The notes under the pieces are model-generated. The model did no database searches. It was not told the DNA's origin and was given only the letters and a program-made list of their open reading frames with translations. Positions 29,576 through 39,842 of a stretch of DNA of 64,000 nucleotides are shown here, in pieces (the stretch's first letter is position 1; each line of letters starts with the position of its first letter). The translations under genes and the position numbers were made by a program. The stretch comes from an uncultured Acidobacteriota bacterium. GTDB taxonomy: Bacteria > Acidobacteriota > Thermoanaerobaculia > Gp7-AA8. Location: positions 672,001 through 736,000 of the forward strand of contig CAVUKB010000007.1 in NCBI GenBank assembly GCA_963741955.1, in the 5' to 3' direction.

Positions 29576-31756
29576 ATGCGCAAGACCGTTCTCATTCTCC
29601 TTCTCGTCCTCGTCTCTGGAACCGCCTTCGCCTCTGAAGGGAAGTGGACTCCGGCCCAGGTGCTGGAGATCGATCCGGCCTGGCTGAAGAGCCAGGGGCT
29701 CGAAGTGCCACCGTCGCGATTGTGGGACGCGCGTACCGGCACGGGCCTTCTCTCGGCCGCGGTGAAGGTCGGCGGCTGCTCGGCCGGATTCATCTCGCCC
29801 GACGGCCTGCTGATCACGAACCACCACTGCCTCTTTTCGCTTCTCCAGCAACACAGCACGCCGGAGAACGACATCATCACCCACGGTTTCGTCGCGCGCG
29901 ACCGGAACGCCGAGTTGCCGGGCCAGTCGATCCGCGTCGCGGTGCCGCAACGGTTCGTCGACGTGACGAAGGAAGTCCTCGCCGCCGTTCCGCACGGAGC
30001 CAGTGATCTCGAGCGGGCGCGATCGATCGACCACGAACGCTCCGATCTCGTCGCGTCGTGTGAGAAGCAGCCGTCGCACCGATGCAATGTCGCAGTGTTC
30101 GAGGGGGGACTGCAGTACGTCCTCGTCGACACAGTCGAGTATCCCGACGTCCGTCTCGTCTACGCGCCACCTCGCGCGATCGGCGAGTACGGTGGCGAGA
30201 CAGACAACTGGATGTGGCCACGCCACACCGGCGACTTTTCCATCGCCCGCGTCTACACCGCTCCGGACGGCGCCGCCGCTCCCTATGGTGCGAACAACAT
30301 CCCGTATCATCCGGCCTTCCACTTTCCCATCGCGAAGGGAGACCTCAGTCCACGCGACTTCGTCATGGTCCTCGGCTATCCGGGCGTGACCTATCGCTCC
30401 CTCGTCGCGGCGGAGATGGCGCAGAAGCGCAACCTCTATTTCCCGCGTCGGGTGGAGGTATACGGAGAATGGATTCGAGCGCTCGAGGAGTCGACGAAGG
30501 AGAGCGCGGAAGGACGGATCGCCGTCGCGGATACTTTGAAGTCGCTTCTCAACCGGTACAAGAACGCGCAGGGGCAGATCGCGGGGCTCGATCGAGGCGA
30601 CATCGTAGCGAAGCAGAAGGCGCAGGACGAGCGCGTGCTCCGGTGGATCACGAACCATCCGAAGTACGCCGGCGCGGCGCGTGCTCATGCGGATCTGGAG
30701 AAGCTCGAAGCCGAACAGCGCAGCAGCTGGGAGCGGGATTTTCTTCTCGAGCAGCTCCCGATCGGCGAGAGTGTGGATCGCTCGTTTTCCGGACCGAAGC
30801 TCCTCTCCGCGGGGACGCTCATCGCGCGCGCCGCAGCGGCGCAGCAGAAGCCCGATGACGAGCGCCCCGAGGCGTTCCGGGATCGGAATCTCGCGCGACT
30901 GCGCGAGCGGCTGAAGCGGGAAGAGAAGAGCTTCTACGCACCGGCGGACCGCGCCGTGCTCGCGTCATGGATTCGACGTGCGCTCGCGCTGCCGGAGGGT
31001 CAGAAGATCGAATCCGTGGAGAAGGCATTCAGCGGACTCACTCCGCAGCAACTGGACGCGAAGATCGGGCTCCTGATGGACGAGACGACGCTCGACGAGC
31101 CGGAGACGCGGCAGGCGATGTTCGGCGAAACACGCGCTCAGCTCCGGGCCCGAAAGGATCCGCTGCTGGATCTGTCGATCGGAGTCGCTGAGGCCCTCGA
31201 CCGGCTGGACGAGAAGAAGGAAGGGTGGGAAGGAACGATCTCGCGGCTGCGGCCACAGTGGCGGCGTGCGGTGATTGCCGAAGCCGGAAAGCCGGTCGCG
31301 CCGGATGCGAACTCCACTCTGCGCGTCAGCTTCGCGCACGTGGAAGGATACGAGCCGCGCGATGCGGTGTTCTATCAGCCCCAGACGACGCTCTCCGGCG
31401 TCGTGGAGAAGAACACCGGTGAAGAGCCGTTCAACGCGCCGGAGCTTCTCCTGAAAGCCGCCGCCGCCCGTGACCTCGGCGCGTTTGCTGATCCCGATCT
31501 GAAGGACGTCCCGATCGATTTTCTGGCCGACGCCGATACCACCGGAGGGAACTCGGGAAGTCCGGTGGTGAACGGCCGGGGTGAGCTGGTGGGGGTGAAC
31601 TTCGACCGGGTGTGGGAGAACGTGGCGAACGACTTCGGCTTCAACCCGGACATCGCCCGGAATGTCAGCGTCGACGTGCGATACCTCCTCTGGCTGCTGG
31701 AGCGGACTCCGGGGGCGCAGTCGCTGATGGAGGAGATCAGGGGCGGGACCGAGTAG
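29576..31756 (+). CDS. S46-family dipeptidyl peptidase (DPP7/DAP BII-like)
   Basis: Signal peptide, EGKW, GCSAGFIS, TNHHC, DNWMWPRHTGDF, PDANSTLR, TGGNSGSP. Confidence 0.93.
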   Translation: MRKTVLILLLVLVSGTAFASEGKWTPAQVLEIDPAWLKSQGLEVPPSRLWDARTGTGLLSAAVKVGGCSAGFISPDGLLITNHHCLFSLLQQHSTPENDIITHGFVARDRNAELPGQSIRVAVPQRFVDVTKEVLAAVPHGASDLERARSIDHERSDLVASCEKQPSHRCNVAVFEGGLQYVLVDTVEYPDVRLVYAPPRAIGEYGGETDNWMWPRHTGDFSIARVYTAPDGAAAPYGANNIPYHPAFHFPIAKGDLSPRDFVMVLGYPGVTYRSLVAAEMAQKRNLYFPRRVEVYGEWIRALEESTKESAEGRIAVADTLKSLLNRYKNAQGQIAGLDRGDIVAKQKAQDERVLRWITNHPKYAGAARAHADLEKLEAEQRSSWERDFLLEQLPIGESVDRSFSGPKLLSAGTLIARAAAAQQKPDDERPEAFRDRNLARLRERLKREEKSFYAPADRAVLASWIRRALALPEGQKIESVEKAFSGLTPQQLDAKIGLLMDETTLDEPETRQAMFGETRAQLRARKDPLLDLSIGVAEALDRLDEKKEGWEGTISRLRPQWRRAVIAEAGKPVAPDANSTLRVSFAHVEGYEPRDAVFYQPQTTLSGVVEKNTGEEPFNAPELLLKAAAARDLGAFADPDLKDVPIDFLADADTTGGNSGSPVVNGRGELVGVNFDRVWENVANDFGFNPDIARNVSVDVRYLLWLLERTPGAQSLMEEIRGGTE

Positions 31757-31789
31757 CCCGCATTGCTCGCCTCGTCCCGGAACCGCGGA

Positions 31790-34714
31790 CTATTCCGTCC
31801 GGAGACTCGAATCTCCCGTCCCGTTGTCGGTGGACGAAACGTAGACCGATACCGCGCCGTCGCCGCCGGTCACCGCGAACTCCACTTCGAGGTTCTGCAG
31901 ATCTCCGAGTTGGCTGCGCACGTCGCCGAGGATCTCCTTCGCGATGTTGTTCAGTTGCCGGAACTCGTGCGGATTGAGCTGATAGCTCTTGCTGATCGAT
32001 CCGTGTGCGGTGGTCCGGGATCCGGCCGGATAGGAGAAGTACAGCGTGGCCTGCACCGTCGCTGGCGCGCCCGCGGTCTCGATCAGCGCGAAGTTCGTGC
32101 GCAACGAGCCGGGCTTCTGCTTCTGGATCGATTCGATCGACGAATCATCGATGCCGCCGATGCGCTGCACCTGGCCGATCCTGAGGCTTCCCGAAAGGGG
32201 GAGCGTCGCGACGCCGGTTCCGTACGATGCAGGGTTTCCCGCTGCGCTGGTGAACGTTCGGCTGGTTACGTGGAAGTCGCCGGAATCGGGAGTGAAGACG
32301 AGATAGCCGAGGGAGTCGCCGCTGACGCCGAACACGGTGGTGATCACGTCGTCGTACACCGCGGTCTGCCCGGCTCCCACCGTCACGCGCCTGTCGTACA
32401 TCTCGCCGCTCCGGGTGTAATAGCGAAGGGTCCCCGTGGCAATCGCGTTGGAGGCGTTCATCAGCGACAGATCGGTGCGGAAGAAGGTCTGGTTCGCGCC
32501 ATGCACCGAGCCGGCGACGGGAATCAGCATCGGAGCGGTGCCGGAGAACCCGAGCTGGCGGTTCCAGTCCACCACGGACCAGAAGTCGCGGCTGGCCGAA
32601 TCGTTGGGTGTGGCGTACGCCGAGAACGCGCCGGTGGAGTCGCCGGTGGCGGTCATCGTGGCGCTCACCGCGCCCGCGGGCACTTCGTTGATCACCTGAA
32701 CGCTCTGGAAGGGGCCGAGCTGGTCGGTGCGTCCTCCCACCGGACTTCCGTTCGTGTCGAAGAACTCCGTCGCCACCGAAACGTTCCCCCCGCGGGTTTC
32801 CTGCAGGAAGAGATTGGTGTGGAAGTTCGCGTCCTGTCGCAGGCCGGCGAGGTCGAGCGACTGGCCGGGCTCGGCGCTCCGATCCGAACGGAGGACCGGG
32901 ATCGTCGTTCCGTACGTTCCCTTCGGATCGCTCACATTGAGTATGTTCGCATTCAGGGTGAGAGTGCGTGGATCGCTCACGCGCACCTGAAGACTTCCGA
33001 CGTCGTTCGGGTTTCCGAAGACCGATCTGACCACGTCCGCGAGTGCGACCGGCTGCCGCGGAGCGATTCCGCTGACCTTCGTCACCAGGGCCGACGAAGC
33101 CGTGCTCGCCCGTCCCGTGTAGTAGAGATTCACATCTCCGGTCGTGGAGCTGTCGGAGAGATTGATCACCGAGACGTCGGAGAGAAAGAGCCCCGTGCTT
33201 CCGAGAACGTGCCCGACGCCGGGGAGAAAGAGGGCCACCTCTCCAGTTTTGAGAGGTGGAAGGGAGGTACTCGACACCGACGGCCTGGATGTGTCGACCA
33301 CGGTCACCGTTGCGAGGCCGGACGGAACGGTGCCGGCAAGGCGGAGCGCCGCGTCCGAGAGCTTGCCAGCGCTCGTGCTCCGGAACGCGAGCCCCAGCTC
33401 GCCGCTGAGGGATCCGACGTCGGCGGAGCCGCCCGGCCGCTTCGACCGGTCGATGGTGAAGGAGACGCTCTTCGATGCGCCGGGCGCGATCTCGACCAGC
33501 GCAGCGTCCGGAATGATCCAGGGGACGCTGGAGAGAGCGATTCCGGTCAGCGTCGCCGCTCCGGTGTTTCTGAACGAGACCGATCCGCTCGGGTTGGTTC
33601 CGGTCGCGGCAACCACGTCGACGCGACTCGACTCTCCTGCGGCGGAGGTGGGCCCGGACGGAGCCGGCGTCGCCAGCAGACGCACCGGAACGGACAGCCC
33701 CGACGGGACTCCGGCGCCCGCCGGAGTCGAGGTTCCGTCGTATCGCCCCGCCGCCACCGGGTTCCCGGTGATCGTGACCACCTGACTCGCCCCCGGTGCG
33801 AGCGTGAAGCTCGTCGGGGATTGCGAAAAGAAGCTCCCCTGCTGCGAAACGGTGATGGTGGTCGACCCTCCGCCGTTGTTGGTCAGCACGTAGCTCGTCG
33901 TCGCACCTCCCGACTGGACGTCCTGGACCAGCGCCGCGGGAAGTGAGGAGACGGCAACCGCCGGCGACGTATCGACTTCGACCGTCGTCGTCGCGGTCGT
34001 GCTCCCGCTCCCGATTGCGGTGAGCGTGTACGTTGTCGTCGACGCCGGCGAGACCTGGAGCGACCCGCTGGCGGGGCCGCTCCCGACGCCGTTGTCGATG
34101 TCGACCGAGCTGGCGTTGACCGTCGACCAGAGAAGCGTGGTGCTCTGACCGGTCCGGATGCGGAGCGGCGTTGCCGAGAACTGCAGGATCTCGGGAGCGG
34201 TACTGGAGGAGGTCCGCGTCAACACGAACGATCCCGTTCCGAGACTCGGATCGTTGATCGAGCCGCTCATCGTCGCACCCGTTACGGTGGCCGAGAACGC
34301 TCCGCCGACGAACTGCAACGATGCCTGATCGACGGCGAAGAGATAGCCGGAGATGTTCGGAGCGTTTCCCTGGATCGCGATGCTCCCCTGGAGCGTCGTG
34401 GTTCCGGAGACGGTACACGTCGCGTCGCTGTTCCGGATCACTTTCGCCACTCCCTCGAACTTCGCCGGCCCGGCGTAGTCGTACTGGGGATCGTCGATCG
34501 GAGAGATGTCGAGCGTCACCTTCGCGGACTGCGTGACGCCGTTCAGATTCGAGCACTGCGGCGTCGTGGACGCCATGTCGAGGCTTCCCGTCCAGTGGCC
34601 GACGAGCGGATCGGTTGCTGCCGCGAGGGGGCCTGCTCCTGCCGCGACGCCGAAGAGGAGAAGAAACGAGACGCGGAGCGTTTGCAGCGCGAGCGAGTAC
34701 GGTCGTCGAGACAT
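31790..34714 (-). CDS. Large secreted beta-rich multidomain protein
   Basis: GGAGGA RBS, signal peptide, Ser/Thr/Gly-rich Ig-like segments, duplicated C-terminal module. Confidence 0.8.
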   Translation of the reverse strand: MSRRPYSLALQTLRVSFLLLFGVAAGAGPLAAATDPLVGHWTGSLDMASTTPQCSNLNGVTQSAKVTLDISPIDDPQYDYAGPAKFEGVAKVIRNSDATCTVSGTTTLQGSIAIQGNAPNISGYLFAVDQASLQFVGGAFSATVTGATMSGSINDPSLGTGSFVLTRTSSSTAPEILQFSATPLRIRTGQSTTLLWSTVNASSVDIDNGVGSGPASGSLQVSPASTTTYTLTAIGSGSTTATTTVEVDTSPAVAVSSLPAALVQDVQSGGATTSYVLTNNGGGSTTITVSQQGSFFSQSPTSFTLAPGASQVVTITGNPVAAGRYDGTSTPAGAGVPSGLSVPVRLLATPAPSGPTSAAGESSRVDVVAATGTNPSGSVSFRNTGAATLTGIALSSVPWIIPDAALVEIAPGASKSVSFTIDRSKRPGGSADVGSLSGELGLAFRSTSAGKLSDAALRLAGTVPSGLATVTVVDTSRPSVSSTSLPPLKTGEVALFLPGVGHVLGSTGLFLSDVSVINLSDSSTTGDVNLYYTGRASTASSALVTKVSGIAPRQPVALADVVRSVFGNPNDVGSLQVRVSDPRTLTLNANILNVSDPKGTYGTTIPVLRSDRSAEPGQSLDLAGLRQDANFHTNLFLQETRGGNVSVATEFFDTNGSPVGGRTDQLGPFQSVQVINEVPAGAVSATMTATGDSTGAFSAYATPNDSASRDFWSVVDWNRQLGFSGTAPMLIPVAGSVHGANQTFFRTDLSLMNASNAIATGTLRYYTRSGEMYDRRVTVGAGQTAVYDDVITTVFGVSGDSLGYLVFTPDSGDFHVTSRTFTSAAGNPASYGTGVATLPLSGSLRIGQVQRIGGIDDSSIESIQKQKPGSLRTNFALIETAGAPATVQATLYFSYPAGSRTTAHGSISKSYQLNPHEFRQLNNIAKEILGDVRSQLGDLQNLEVEFAVTGGDGAVSVYVSSTDNGTGDSSLRTE

Positions 34715-34924
34715 CGATGTCCTCCAGAGAATGGTGGGTGATCCGCAGATTTTCCCGGTAAATCCATGCTAACGCGTTCACCGGTGCGGCTTCAACGGGA
34801 CCGGCTCACTCGACCGGGCTGCGGGCGAGAGGAGTTTGCGCGGCAGAAATGTTTGAAGCGTGGAAAGCGGAGCAGCGACGGTTTCTATCGCGCAGACTCC
34901 TGGGTGAGGCGGGTCGGGGAAGAT

Positions 34925-34998
34925 TGGCTGGGAGACAGGGAGTCGAACCCCGATTCACTGGTCCAGAGCCAGTTGTCCTACCATTGAACGATCTCCCA
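34925..34998 (-). tRNA. tRNA-Gln(CTG)
   Basis: Minus strand TGGGAGA...ACTGG-CT-CTG-GA-CCAGT...GGTTCGACTCC...TCTCCCA-GCCA; cloverleaf with encoded CCA. Confidence 0.96.
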
Positions 34999-35105
34999 GC
35001 ACTCCGAACGGGGGGGAATGCTACACGGCAGCAAACGGCACGGTCAAGAGTGGAATTCCCACTTTCAGGGCCTGTTTTCATGCGCGACTCGGAGGATCCG
35101 CCAAC

Positions 35106-35435
35106 GTGCTCCCGGAAGTGTTCGAATGTCCGAAGTGCCAGCGCCAGTTCGTCGTCGAGATGGTCGACGATGCGCCGGAGCACTCCATCTACTGCCCGCA
35201 GTGCAAGCAGTATCTGGGAGAAAAGGACGTCCACTTCATCCTCCGCTCCGAGATCGAAGAGCTCTCCGAGCGTCTCCGCTTCGAGCGCGACCGGCTCGAG
35301 CGGGACGAGGCACTCTACACCATGACCGAGTGCGACCCCGAGCTCCGGATGTTCGGCTCCGAGGTGCACAAGGTCGTGGCGATCCTCCGGCGGGCGATCC
35401 GGGAGCTCGAAGTCCTGAAGAGCGATTTCGAGTAA
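35106..35435 (+). CDS. Zinc-ribbon plus coiled-coil hypothetical protein
   Basis: CPKC...CPQC followed by an amphipathic helical tail. Confidence 0.7.
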   Translation: MLPEVFECPKCQRQFVVEMVDDAPEHSIYCPQCKQYLGEKDVHFILRSEIEELSERLRFERDRLERDEALYTMTECDPELRMFGSEVHKVVAILRRAIRELEVLKSDFE

Positions 35436-35444
35436 GGCCCCGAA

Positions 35445-35645
35445 GGATTTCGAATTTCGGATTTGTGACGGCGGACGAATCGCGCTCCGCCTGATCGGGG
35501 GTGGTCACGACGCAGCTCGGTCTGCCGCGCCGGATCGATCCGATTCCCGTTCGAAATCCGAAATTCGAGATCATCCTCGATCCCCGATTCTCGATTCTCG
35601 ACCTCGATCCTCGACCTCGATCCTCGATCCACGATCCACGATCCC
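35445..35645. repeat. Low-complexity inverted pair plus heptamer-like tandem repeats
   Basis: gatttcgaatttcggattt / aaatccgaaattcgagatc, then an imperfect (TCGATCC)n run. Confidence 0.6.
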
Positions 35646-35664
35646 CCTGCTATTCTTGGCTCCG

Positions 35665-36855
35665 ATGCCACGCGCCATCGTCTCTCCGTTCGCCGGGCTT
35701 CTCGTCGCGGACTTCTCGCGCGTCCTCGCCGGGCCGCTCTGCACGATGCTCCTCGCCGATGCGGGCGCACGGGTGATCAAGATCGAGGAGCCGCGGGGCG
35801 ACGAGACGCGGCGCTGGGGGCCGCCGTTCGCCGGGGAAGAGAGCGCGTACTTCCTCGCGCTCAACCGAAACAAGGAGTCGATCGCTCTCGACCTGAAGAC
35901 GAGAGAGGGGCGCGAGGTCGCGCGGCGGCTGGTCGCGAAGGCCGACGTCGTGGTGGAGAATTTCCGGTCGCCGCAGAAGAAGGCGTTCGGACTGACGCCG
36001 CGAGCGATACGCCGAATCAATCCGCGCGCGGTGATCTGCTCGATCGTCGGGTTCGAGCAGGACGGGCCGGACGCGGATCTTCCCGGATACGACCTCCTCG
36101 CGCAGGCGGCGGGAGGGCTGATGGCGATCACCGGACCGGCGGCCGGCGAGCCGTCGAAGGTGGGTGTCGCGCTCTCGGATGTGCTGACCGCGCACTACGC
36201 GTACGGCGCGATCGCGTCGTCGCTCTTCGCGCGCGAGCGGACGGGGCGTGGTGCCGCGCTCGAGATCTCGCTCCTCGGCGCGACGGTGGCGTCACTGGTC
36301 AATGTCGCCCAGGGGTATCTGGTCACCGGGAAGGAACCGAAGCGGTGGGGGAACGCGCACCCGTCGATCGTTCCGTATCAGGCGTTCAGGGCGAAGGATC
36401 GTACGTTCGTTCTCGCCGCGGGGACGGACCGGCATTTTGCGGCGCTCGCGGAAAACGTCATCGGACGGCCGGAGCTCGCGACGGACCGGCGGTTCGCGAC
36501 GAATGCGGCGCGGGTGGAGCATCGACGTGCGCTGGTGAAGATTCTCGAAGAGATTTTCGTCACCTCGCCGGCGCGGAGCTGGGTACGCCGCTGCCGGAAG
36601 GAAGGAATTCCGGCCTCGCTGGTGGAAGGATTCGGGGAGATCTTTTCCGGATCCGCGGCGGGGCTGCTGCAGACGGTCGTGCATCCGACCGCTGGAGCGC
36701 TGCGGCTGGTGGGGAATCCGGTGCGGCGCGACGGGAAGCGGACGCCGGTTCGGAGCGCGCCGCCGCTGCTCGGCGGACAGACGAGGAAGATTCTCCGCGA
36801 ACTGGGCTATGCGGCGGGCGAGATTCGAGGGCTGCGCGAGAGCGGCGTGGTGTGA
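35665..36855 (+). CDS. CoA-transferase family III (CaiB/BaiF)
   Basis: DFSRVLAGP, DAGARVIKIE, NRNKESI, ADVVVENF, PGYD..QA, GNAHPSIVPY. Confidence 0.93.
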   Translation: MPRAIVSPFAGLLVADFSRVLAGPLCTMLLADAGARVIKIEEPRGDETRRWGPPFAGEESAYFLALNRNKESIALDLKTREGREVARRLVAKADVVVENFRSPQKKAFGLTPRAIRRINPRAVICSIVGFEQDGPDADLPGYDLLAQAAGGLMAITGPAAGEPSKVGVALSDVLTAHYAYGAIASSLFARERTGRGAALEISLLGATVASLVNVAQGYLVTGKEPKRWGNAHPSIVPYQAFRAKDRTFVLAAGTDRHFAALAENVIGRPELATDRRFATNAARVEHRRALVKILEEIFVTSPARSWVRRCRKEGIPASLVEGFGEIFSGSAAGLLQTVVHPTAGALRLVGNPVRRDGKRTPVRSAPPLLGGQTRKILRELGYAAGEIRGLRESGVV

Positions 36856-37225
36856 GGTGGTGCGACCGTCCCGGTCGCACTGAGGGGCGGATGTTTATTC
36901 TGTTTCTGGCTGTTATCTCTGAATTTTATTCTCTTTTTGCAGGAACCGCAGAATAATCTGCGCTGGAACGGCGCCTTTTGAGAACTTTATTCTCGTCTTG
37001 CTGGAGCGGTCGTCTCTGGGAACTGTCCAGGAGTCTGCTGCGTTGCGCCCGGCTTCGGCTCCTCGACATAGTCACCACGATGCCTTCGTTGCCGAAGCCG
37101 GGCGCGCCTTGCACCGCGCAGACTCCTGGGCGGCTCGCTGCGCTCGCGGTTGCGACCGAGACGGTCGCACCACCCGACGACCGAGACGGTCGCACCACCC
37201 GACGATCGACACAGTCGCACCACCG
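36856..37225. repeat. Second REP-like family: inverted pair plus degenerate 25-bp tandem copies
   Basis: GGTGGTGCGACCG-TCC-CGGTCGCAC at 36856 and its near reverse complement at about 37151-37225. Confidence 0.65.
37027..37129. mobile_element. MITE-like element, copy 2 (same core, different outer stem)
   Basis: CCAGGAGTCTGC...GCAGACTCCTGG enclosing the shared core. Confidence 0.7.
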
Positions 37226-37249
37226 GGCGGCCTGCGGTCGCCATGGAGG

Positions 37250-38632
37250 TCAGGCGTAGCCGGCGGGCTCGGGCTCGTAGTCGAAGAACTTCGTCAGTTC
37301 GTTGCGGAAGACGAGCTTGAAGTCACCGATCGGACCGTTCCTCTGCTTGGAGATGATGATCTCGGCGATCCCCTTGTCCTCGGTGTCCTTGTTGTAGACC
37401 TCATCCCGGTAGATGAAGAAGACGAGGTCCGCGTCCTGTTCGATCGAACCGGACTCGCGGAGGTCGGCGAGTTGTGGACGATGGTCGCCGGTGCGTTGTT
37501 CCGGCCGGCGCGAGAGCTGCGAGAGCGACAGGAGCGGAACGTTGAGCTCCTTGGCGATGGCCTTGAGGCCGCGGGAGATCTGGGAGATCTCCTGGTTCCG
37601 CGACTCGACTCTTCCCCCGCCGTGCATCAGCTGGAGGTAGTCGACCATCAACATGTCGAGTCCATGCTCGCGCTGGAGGCGTCGTGCCTTGGCGCGCATC
37701 TCCACGATGTCGAGGCTGGCGGTGTCGTCGATGAAGATCGGGGCGCGTGCGATCCGCGCCGAGGCCTCGGCGAGGTCGCGCCAATTCTTCTCCGAGAGCA
37801 TCCCGGAGCGGATCAGGTGACTGGCCACCCCCGATCCGGAGGAGAGGATACGGAGACCGAGCTGCTCACGCGACATTTCGAGGGAGAAGATCCCGATGTT
37901 GTAGAGCCGTTCCTGCGTCTTGACTTTGTCGGGGATGGCGATCGCCTCTGCGATGTTGAGCATCAGCGAGGTCTTTCCCATCGACGGGCGGGCGGCGAGG
38001 ATCACCAGATCCTGCGGCTGGAATCCGGACGTGAACTCGTTGAAGCGGTCGAACCCCGTCGGGACGCCGGTGATCAGGCCTCCCGCCTGGTGGAGCTTTT
38101 CGATCGACTCCATGTTCCGGTGGGTGATCCGGTTGAGCGGCTCGAAACCGGTCACCAGGTTCTGCTCGGCGATCTCGTGAAGCTTCTTCTCCGCCTCGCT
38201 GAGGACGTCGGTGGGTTCGCCGGAGCTCTCGAACGCGGAGCGGATGACGTGATTCCCCATCAGAATGAGCCGGCGGAGGACCGACTTTTCCTTCACGATC
38301 CCCGCATAGCGCTCGACGTTCCCGATGTCGGGAATCGCGTCGACGAGCGAGCCGATGTACGCGGCGCCGCCGACCTGGTCGAGGTGCTGCCGTTTTCCGA
38401 GCTCTTCCTTCAGAGTGAGGAGGTCGATCGCGCGACTCTGTCCGGCGAGGTTGAGCATCGCCGCGAAGATGGTCCGGTGGGCGTCCTTGTAGAAGTCGTC
38501 CGTCTGGATGGTGGAGAGGACGCGATCGAGTGCCTGGTTGTCGATCAGAATCGAGCCGAGCACCGAGCGCTCCGCCTCCGGATTCTGGGGGAGCGGTTTG
38601 TCGATCGAGAATTCAACAGGGGATGCACTCAT
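37250..38632 (-). CDS. dnaB: Replicative DNA helicase
   Basis: AERSVLG, AARPSMGKT, FSLEMS, VDYLQLM, LSQLSR, DLRESGSIEQDAD, KQRNGP. Confidence 0.97.
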   Translation of the reverse strand: MSASPVEFSIDKPLPQNPEAERSVLGSILIDNQALDRVLSTIQTDDFYKDAHRTIFAAMLNLAGQSRAIDLLTLKEELGKRQHLDQVGGAAYIGSLVDAIPDIGNVERYAGIVKEKSVLRRLILMGNHVIRSAFESSGEPTDVLSEAEKKLHEIAEQNLVTGFEPLNRITHRNMESIEKLHQAGGLITGVPTGFDRFNEFTSGFQPQDLVILAARPSMGKTSLMLNIAEAIAIPDKVKTQERLYNIGIFSLEMSREQLGLRILSSGSGVASHLIRSGMLSEKNWRDLAEASARIARAPIFIDDTASLDIVEMRAKARRLQREHGLDMLMVDYLQLMHGGGRVESRNQEISQISRGLKAIAKELNVPLLSLSQLSRRPEQRTGDHRPQLADLRESGSIEQDADLVFFIYRDEVYNKDTEDKGIAEIIISKQRNGPIGDFKLVFRNELTKFFDYEPEPAGYA

Positions 38633-38873
38633 GGTCGTTACGGATGTCGAATCATAGCGGAGTCTCGAGGAGTGGTCGCGCAATCTCTTTCGAATGAGAC
38701 GGCAACGCTCTTGACAGAGAAGAGCGGAGGAGCCGGGCGCTGGTTCGGAATGGTGGGGCGGGAGAGCGCTGTTCCACTCGCCGGCGCATCACGTGACTTC
38801 CGGGAGGTCGGTGCGTCTAAAGGTCGAATCGGCGGCGACTCGTCGCCTCGCCTGAATGATGCCCTCTGGAGGA

Positions 38874-39791
38874 ATGATGAGACGGTCTGGTGTTCTGTTT
38901 TTTGTAATCCTGCTGTCGGTGGGAACGCTCTTCGCCGCCGATGCGAAAACCGAGTCGGCTGAGAAGACGGCCCCGAAGATCGTCGCGGTGATCAACGGGG
39001 AGACTCTGACTGCGGACGAGTTCAATCGTCAGTGGATGCGTCTCACTCCCACCCTGAGGGAAAACTACGAGAGAAACGGCGGGAAGCTCCAGTTTCTCGA
39101 TACCTACATCCGGAAGCGTCTGCTGGTCCAGGAGGCGCTGAAGCACAACTTCGACAAGCGTCCCGACGTGGCGTACGAGATGAAGTCGGCAGCCGAAGGG
39201 GCGCTCTTCGACCAGTACGTCAAGGACGTGGTGGCGGCGAACGTGGTCACCGAGGCGGATGAGAAGGCGTATTACGAGAAGAACAAGGCCGAATTCCAGT
39301 ATCCGGCGATGATCAAGGCCCGCCACATCATCATCACCCCGCAGATGGGCGCGGTGGTGAACACGACCAGGAGCGACGCGAAGTCGAAGGCGGAGGCGGA
39401 GAAAGAGATCAACGAGCTCCGGAAGCAGCTGGACGGAACGGTGGCCAATTTCTCGGATCTCGCATCGAAGTACTCCGAAGATGGCTCGGCTTCATCGGGT
39501 GGAGACCTCGGCTGGATTCCGAGGGGGAAGATGGTTCCCGAATTCGAAAAGGTGGCCTTCTCTCTCGAGAAGGGGCAGATCAGCGAGCCGTTCGAGACGC
39601 AGTTCGGCTACCACATCGTAATGGTCGAGGACAAGAAGCCAGCCGGGGTTCATTCGTTCGACGAAGTGAAGGATCAGATCCGGGAGAAGCTCCTCGCGGA
39701 GCACGCGGACAAGATCATGGCCGCGGTGAGCGAGTTGATGCGCGACCTCCGGAAAGAGAGCTCGATCACGATCTACCGCGAAAACCTGTAG
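38874..39791 (+). CDS. Periplasmic parvulin-type PPIase (PrsA/SurA-like)
   Basis: Signal peptide, ARHII, FSDLASKYSED, GGDLGW, MVPEFE, TQFGYHI. Confidence 0.92.
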   Translation: MMRRSGVLFFVILLSVGTLFAADAKTESAEKTAPKIVAVINGETLTADEFNRQWMRLTPTLRENYERNGGKLQFLDTYIRKRLLVQEALKHNFDKRPDVAYEMKSAAEGALFDQYVKDVVAANVVTEADEKAYYEKNKAEFQYPAMIKARHIIITPQMGAVVNTTRSDAKSKAEAEKEINELRKQLDGTVANFSDLASKYSEDGSASSGGDLGWIPRGKMVPEFEKVAFSLEKGQISEPFETQFGYHIVMVEDKKPAGVHSFDEVKDQIREKLLAEHADKIMAAVSELMRDLRKESSITIYRENL

Positions 39792-39815
39792 CCCGGTTGA
39801 AGGGTATCGATTCGA

Positions 39816-39842
39816 AAAGGCGCGCTGCGGCGCGCCTTTCTG
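39816..39842 (+). terminator. Putative intrinsic terminator
   Basis: AAAGGCGCGC-TGCG-GCGCGCCTTT. Confidence 0.55.

Noticed and set aside
31763-34781. Long ORFs 31763-33946 (+) and 32145-34781 (-)
   Set aside because: Arg-rich shadow frames of the 974-aa gene, as expected at high GC.
27724-34998. Genomic island integrated at tRNA-Gln
   Set aside because: I saw no integrase and no duplicated tRNA 3' end.
36998-38962. 654-aa ORF antisense to dnaB; intein in DnaB
   Set aside because: The ORF is an antisense shadow, and DnaB is of normal length with no insertion.
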